DNA of 64,000 nucleotides, taken from assembly GCA_963724325.1 (NCBI GenBank), contig CAVRUH010000007.1:352001-416000 (forward strand), in the 5' to 3' direction. Below, piece by piece: positions 60,418-64,000 of the stretch. The first letter of the stretch is position 1. Each line of letters starts with the position of its first letter. A model generated the notes under the pieces. It ran no database searches. It saw only the letters and a program-made list of their open reading frames with translations, and had not been told where the DNA came from. This DNA comes from Waddliaceae bacterium (GTDB taxonomy: Bacteria; Chlamydiota; Chlamydiia; Chlamydiales; Waddliaceae). Position numbers and translations under genes: made by a program.

Positions 60418-61437
60418 TTAATTTTTTAATGGAATTCTTGGCATGGCTTCAAGTTGGTAGGTGTCGCCTATTTTGCGATGCAGGAAGTGGTGATAGCCTA
60501 GGCCGGCAATCATGGCGGCATTATCAAGGCTAAGACCTTTAGATGGCCAAAACAGGTTCAAATGAGGAGCAGCCTCGGCAAACATACGGCGCAACTTCTG
60601 ATTGTTAGTAACACCCCCCCCAAATATGATGTTTCGAGCCCCCTTTTCTGAGGCGGCAAGAATAGTTTTCTTGATCACATCGGTAAATACACTATGTTGA
60701 AATGAGGCAGCCAAATCGCATTTATCTGCCTCAGAAAGGGTGTTTACCCCTTGACCGTTCTGTCCCTTGACTGCATAAAGAACTCCCGTCTTAATGCCGC
60801 TAAATGAGAAATCCAGGGGATTACTCTTCACTCGTCCCGTCTTCAATGGGTATTTTTGATGATTTCCAACTTTCGATAGCCTTTCAACGTGAGGGCCTCC
60901 TGGATAAGGAAGGTCCATAACACGAGCCACCTTATCAAATGCTTCACCCAATGCATCATCAACTGTTTGCCCTAGTAGCTCGTAATTACCAATTCCCTGC
61001 ATATATACCAAATGAGTGTGGGCTCCAGACAAAACGACGCCAAGGCACGGGAACGAAAGGGGAGTGGCATGAGACATCAAAGCGGCATATAAGTGAGCCT
61101 CCACATGATTGACTCCAATATACGGGACGCCAAGAGCTAATGAAAGAGCTTTGGCGGCATTTAAACCCATCAAGATAGCACCCATAAGTCCTGGACCATA
61201 GGCAGCGGCGATCAAATCGATATCACTCAACTGAATACCTGCCTCGATCACTGCTTTGTGAATGATATGAATGATAACATCCGCATGACGTCGAGCGGCA
61301 ACCTCGGGAAAAACCCCGCCATAGGGCTCATGTAGCTTTTCTTGGGATGCTACGACATTCGAAAGAATCTCAATCCCGTCCCGAACCACCGAGCACGCGG
61401 TCTCATCGCATGTGCTTTCAATACCTAATACTAACAT
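60418..61437 (-). CDS. tsaD: tRNA N6-adenosine threonylcarbamoyltransferase
   Basis: LGIESTCDET, GGVFPE, NHVEAH, DDALGEAFDK, FSFSG, DNAAMI. Confidence 0.96.
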   Translation of the reverse strand: MLVLGIESTCDETACSVVRDGIEILSNVVASQEKLHEPYGGVFPEVAARRHADVIIHIIHKAVIEAGIQLSDIDLIAAAYGPGLMGAILMGLNAAKALSLALGVPYIGVNHVEAHLYAALMSHATPLSFPCLGVVLSGAHTHLVYMQGIGNYELLGQTVDDALGEAFDKVARVMDLPYPGGPHVERLSKVGNHQKYPLKTGRVKSNPLDFSFSGIKTGVLYAVKGQNGQGVNTLSEADKCDLAASFQHSVFTDVIKKTILAASEKGARNIIFGGGVTNNQKLRRMFAEAAPHLNLFWPSKGLSLDNAAMIAGLGYHHFLHRKIGDTYQLEAMPRIPLKN

Positions 61438-61450
61438 ATAGTAAAAGATT

Positions 61451-63703
61451 TTACACTAAAGTAGAATTTTTGACATTAGAAAATAGAGGAATTTCAAACC
61501 AAAACAGCGACCCTTCTCCTTCAGTTGAAGAAAATCCGATAGTTCCATTCATTAACTCCACCAGCTGTTTGCAAATTGCCAGTCCTAGTCCGGAGCCGCC
61601 AAACTTTCGGGTCATGGAAATATCCCCTTGAGAAAATTTTTGGAATAATTTACTTTTGTGTTCCTCAGAAATTCCCAAGCCTGTGTCGTAAATCTCAAAC
61701 AATACCATATCTTGATTCTTTTCATGTTTTTTACAGGTAACTTCAATGAGGACATATCCCTCTTTGGTGAATTTGATAGCATTTCCGATCAAATTAATGA
61801 GAATTTGCCGCATACGTACCGGATCAAAAACCTGTTGTGTCGGGGCCTCTGGAGCATACCTCAAAATGAGCTCGATATTCTTTTCATGGGCCTTCACAGA
61901 CAAAAGGTCCCAAAGTTCATGAGTTAGATCGCTCAAGTCATAAGGAATCGGGTCCAATTTGAGCTCTCCAGCCTCAATTTTTGAGAAATCGAGAATATCA
62001 TTAATGGTATCTAAGAGAATTTTCCCAGATAAATTGATTCTCTGAACATATTTTTCCTGTTTTTCGTCTAGAGGTGTAGACATGAGCAACGAGGTCATTC
62101 CAATGACCCCATTAAGAGGGGTGCGGATTTCATGACTCATATTGGCAAGAAATGCACTTTTGGCTGCATTGGCTTCCTGGAGCTTGATTTCGGTGAGTTT
62201 TCTCTCCGTAATGTCTGTTGAAATTCCACCTAGAGCAAATAATTGACCCATGACATCAAAAAGAGGGAATTTCACGGAAAGATAGGTGTGATTGCCAACG
62301 ACCTGTTCACGCGAAAATGCCTTTTTCGTGGCGATCACCTGGCGATCATCAGCCCGCATCTGCTCAGCAAGGTGCTCAGGGAATATTTCCATATCTTTAT
62401 GGCCAACGACTTTTTTCCTGTCTTGGTCAAACACTTGGAGAAATTGATTATTGATATCGAGGTATCGACCTCTAAGGTCTTTAATGTAAATAGGGGAGGC
62501 GGAATTGTCAACAACAGAACGGAAGCGCTGTTCGGCTTTTTCGGTCGCTTTCACCTGGTAATATGCCGATTGAGCAAAATAAACCCCCAAAAAAGTGGTG
62601 CTGGAGAGAAATACTCCCAAAATAAGGACAAATTTTGGGAGCGAACTGATACTTTTATCAATTAAACTCTTTAGAGGACTCAAAATTACAGTTAATTTTT
62701 TACCCTGAACATCGATCTGCTTTCCCTCGTTGCTTAAGGTGCCCTCCACAATGGTAACAATATAGTTTTGAAGGGTATCCTGCGCAAGCAGCCCATTGAC
62801 CATCGATTGGATACTGAAATAGCCCGATATTTCTCCAATAAGAACATTTTTAATATAAACAGGAATATGGACAGGCACACCGTCATTATTCCCTGCTTCA
62901 GGAACAACCCATCGTTCCTTAGATTTAAAATCTGTCCAAGCAATAGTTTGAAGGCCTTTTTCAGGTTCAACATATATGGAGGCATCTTGCTCCCATTCAT
63001 TTTTGGGGACGCCCCCTCTAATTTCCCATCTTGCCGCGATGTTTTGCAACGATTTAATTCTATCATCAACATAGGCCTGAATTGTCAATTTTACTTGCTC
63101 AACTTCCTGGTCATTAAGTCTTTGGAATTGAACATGTTCTTCACCAGTAAGCGCTTGCCACAAGAAGAAGGATGTCAAAAAAACACCACATGTTGTAGGC
63201 AACGGTAGAAATGGCGGCAATGCTTCTTGATAATTCTTCATGTATGTCCAAGCATATACGACAGTGGCTATTGCTGTTAAAAAAAATTCAAATGACGAGC
63301 GATTGTCTAACTGTGTGAACGCTGCCCAGCCTGGAGATGGATCAACACCTACAAAAAAGGTTGTAATAGAAAGGATGTTCAATGCCACAACGACAGCTCC
63401 CATAATTCGTATAATTATAGGAAATTTTTGAATGCTCATGAGGATCATAGCAATTCCAAGCAAAAAGAAGCAGAGCCGCGTATCCGGAGGCATCGTCCCA
63501 AGAAGACTATAGATAAGAACTCCTAAGGCCGGGAAAATAACCGGTGTATTAATTTTCATAGCCGCAAGCAGGATGGCAAGGCCGCTCATCAGAAAGCCAA
63601 TAGTGGTATTCCAATCCATAGGGCTGAGCAGAATGACCAGACATCCAAAGATCTTAAGAATAAGTATCGCTTTTTCGCCCGGAGGGTAATAAGTTGTCGA
63701 CAT
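61451..63703 (-). CDS. Membrane sensor histidine kinase (multi-TM, CHASE-like, PAS, HisKA, HATPase; no receiver)
   Basis: [51 protein letters not shown]. Confidence 0.92.
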   Translation of the reverse strand: MSTTYYPPGEKAILILKIFGCLVILLSPMDWNTTIGFLMSGLAILLAAMKINTPVIFPALGVLIYSLLGTMPPDTRLCFFLLGIAMILMSIQKFPIIIRIMGAVVVALNILSITTFFVGVDPSPGWAAFTQLDNRSSFEFFLTAIATVVYAWTYMKNYQEALPPFLPLPTTCGVFLTSFFLWQALTGEEHVQFQRLNDQEVEQVKLTIQAYVDDRIKSLQNIAARWEIRGGVPKNEWEQDASIYVEPEKGLQTIAWTDFKSKERWVVPEAGNNDGVPVHIPVYIKNVLIGEISGYFSIQSMVNGLLAQDTLQNYIVTIVEGTLSNEGKQIDVQGKKLTVILSPLKSLIDKSISSLPKFVLILGVFLSSTTFLGVYFAQSAYYQVKATEKAEQRFRSVVDNSASPIYIKDLRGRYLDINNQFLQVFDQDRKKVVGHKDMEIFPEHLAEQMRADDRQVIATKKAFSREQVVGNHTYLSVKFPLFDVMGQLFALGGISTDITERKLTEIKLQEANAAKSAFLANMSHEIRTPLNGVIGMTSLLMSTPLDEKQEKYVQRINLSGKILLDTINDILDFSKIEAGELKLDPIPYDLSDLTHELWDLLSVKAHEKNIELILRYAPEAPTQQVFDPVRMRQILINLIGNAIKFTKEGYVLIEVTCKKHEKNQDMVLFEIYDTGLGISEEHKSKLFQKFSQGDISMTRKFGGSGLGLAICKQLVELMNGTIGFSSTEGEGSLFWFEIPLFSNVKNSTLV

Positions 63704-63918
63704 ATTCCATCAGTATTTATATTCAAATATATCCATCTATCAATAAAAAAATCTTTTGTCAAGAATTAAAAAAACGAACGTGTGAATCCAATTAATCGAG
63801 TTGTTTTCACATACAATTCATTATTAATAATAAATCCGTGATAATATACGATTTAATAAAGTATTTTAAAATAAATAGTAACATGTTATAATAAAGGTAA
63901 CACTAAAGAGGATATAAA

Positions 63919-64000
63919 ATGTCCATAAGAAATGGTGTCAATATTTCAATTCCCTGGGCTATGAATTATATAGGTGATTACGCTAAAAAGGGCATAGAAA
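63919..64000 (+). CDS. Start of a hypothetical ORF (runs off the window end)
   Basis: AGAGG RBS then ATG; open to the window end; AT-rich upstream region. Confidence 0.4.
   Translation, partial: MSIRNGVNISIPWAMNYIGDYAKKGIE

Overview
Chromosomal window from an environmental member of the Chlamydiae (Parachlamydiales-like). The assignment rests on the chlamydial ychF / sctU-sctV-copN-scc1 type III secretion arrangement, waaA, a two-HKD phospholipase D and the RodZ-like gene. The housekeeping backbone comprises acs, ppiA, ychF, waaA, two tRNA-Met genes, mlaEFD, ABC-F, TamAB, truA, marC x2, dapAB, recD2, dnaG, tsaD and an orphan histidine kinase. It is interrupted by accessory DNA: three type II toxin-antitoxin modules, an IS481-like element with a 15-bp target duplication and a passenger ORF, and several AT-rich orphan ORFs that look like effectors. 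Four things stand out. (1) A 13-kb array of four ~1070-aa zinc-ribbon / class III nucleotide cyclase / STAND ATPase / TPR paralogs with mosaic, recombined segments, resembling an NLR-like sensor-cyclase array. (2) A 7 x 218-bp tandem array of a multi-hairpin REP/REPIN-like unit with compensatory substitutions. (3) A triplicated nested long inverted repeat directly after the cyclase array. (4) A nested IS / toxin-antitoxin arrangement bounded by a 37-bp promoter-containing direct repeat. All product calls come from motif recognition by eye; no database searches were run.
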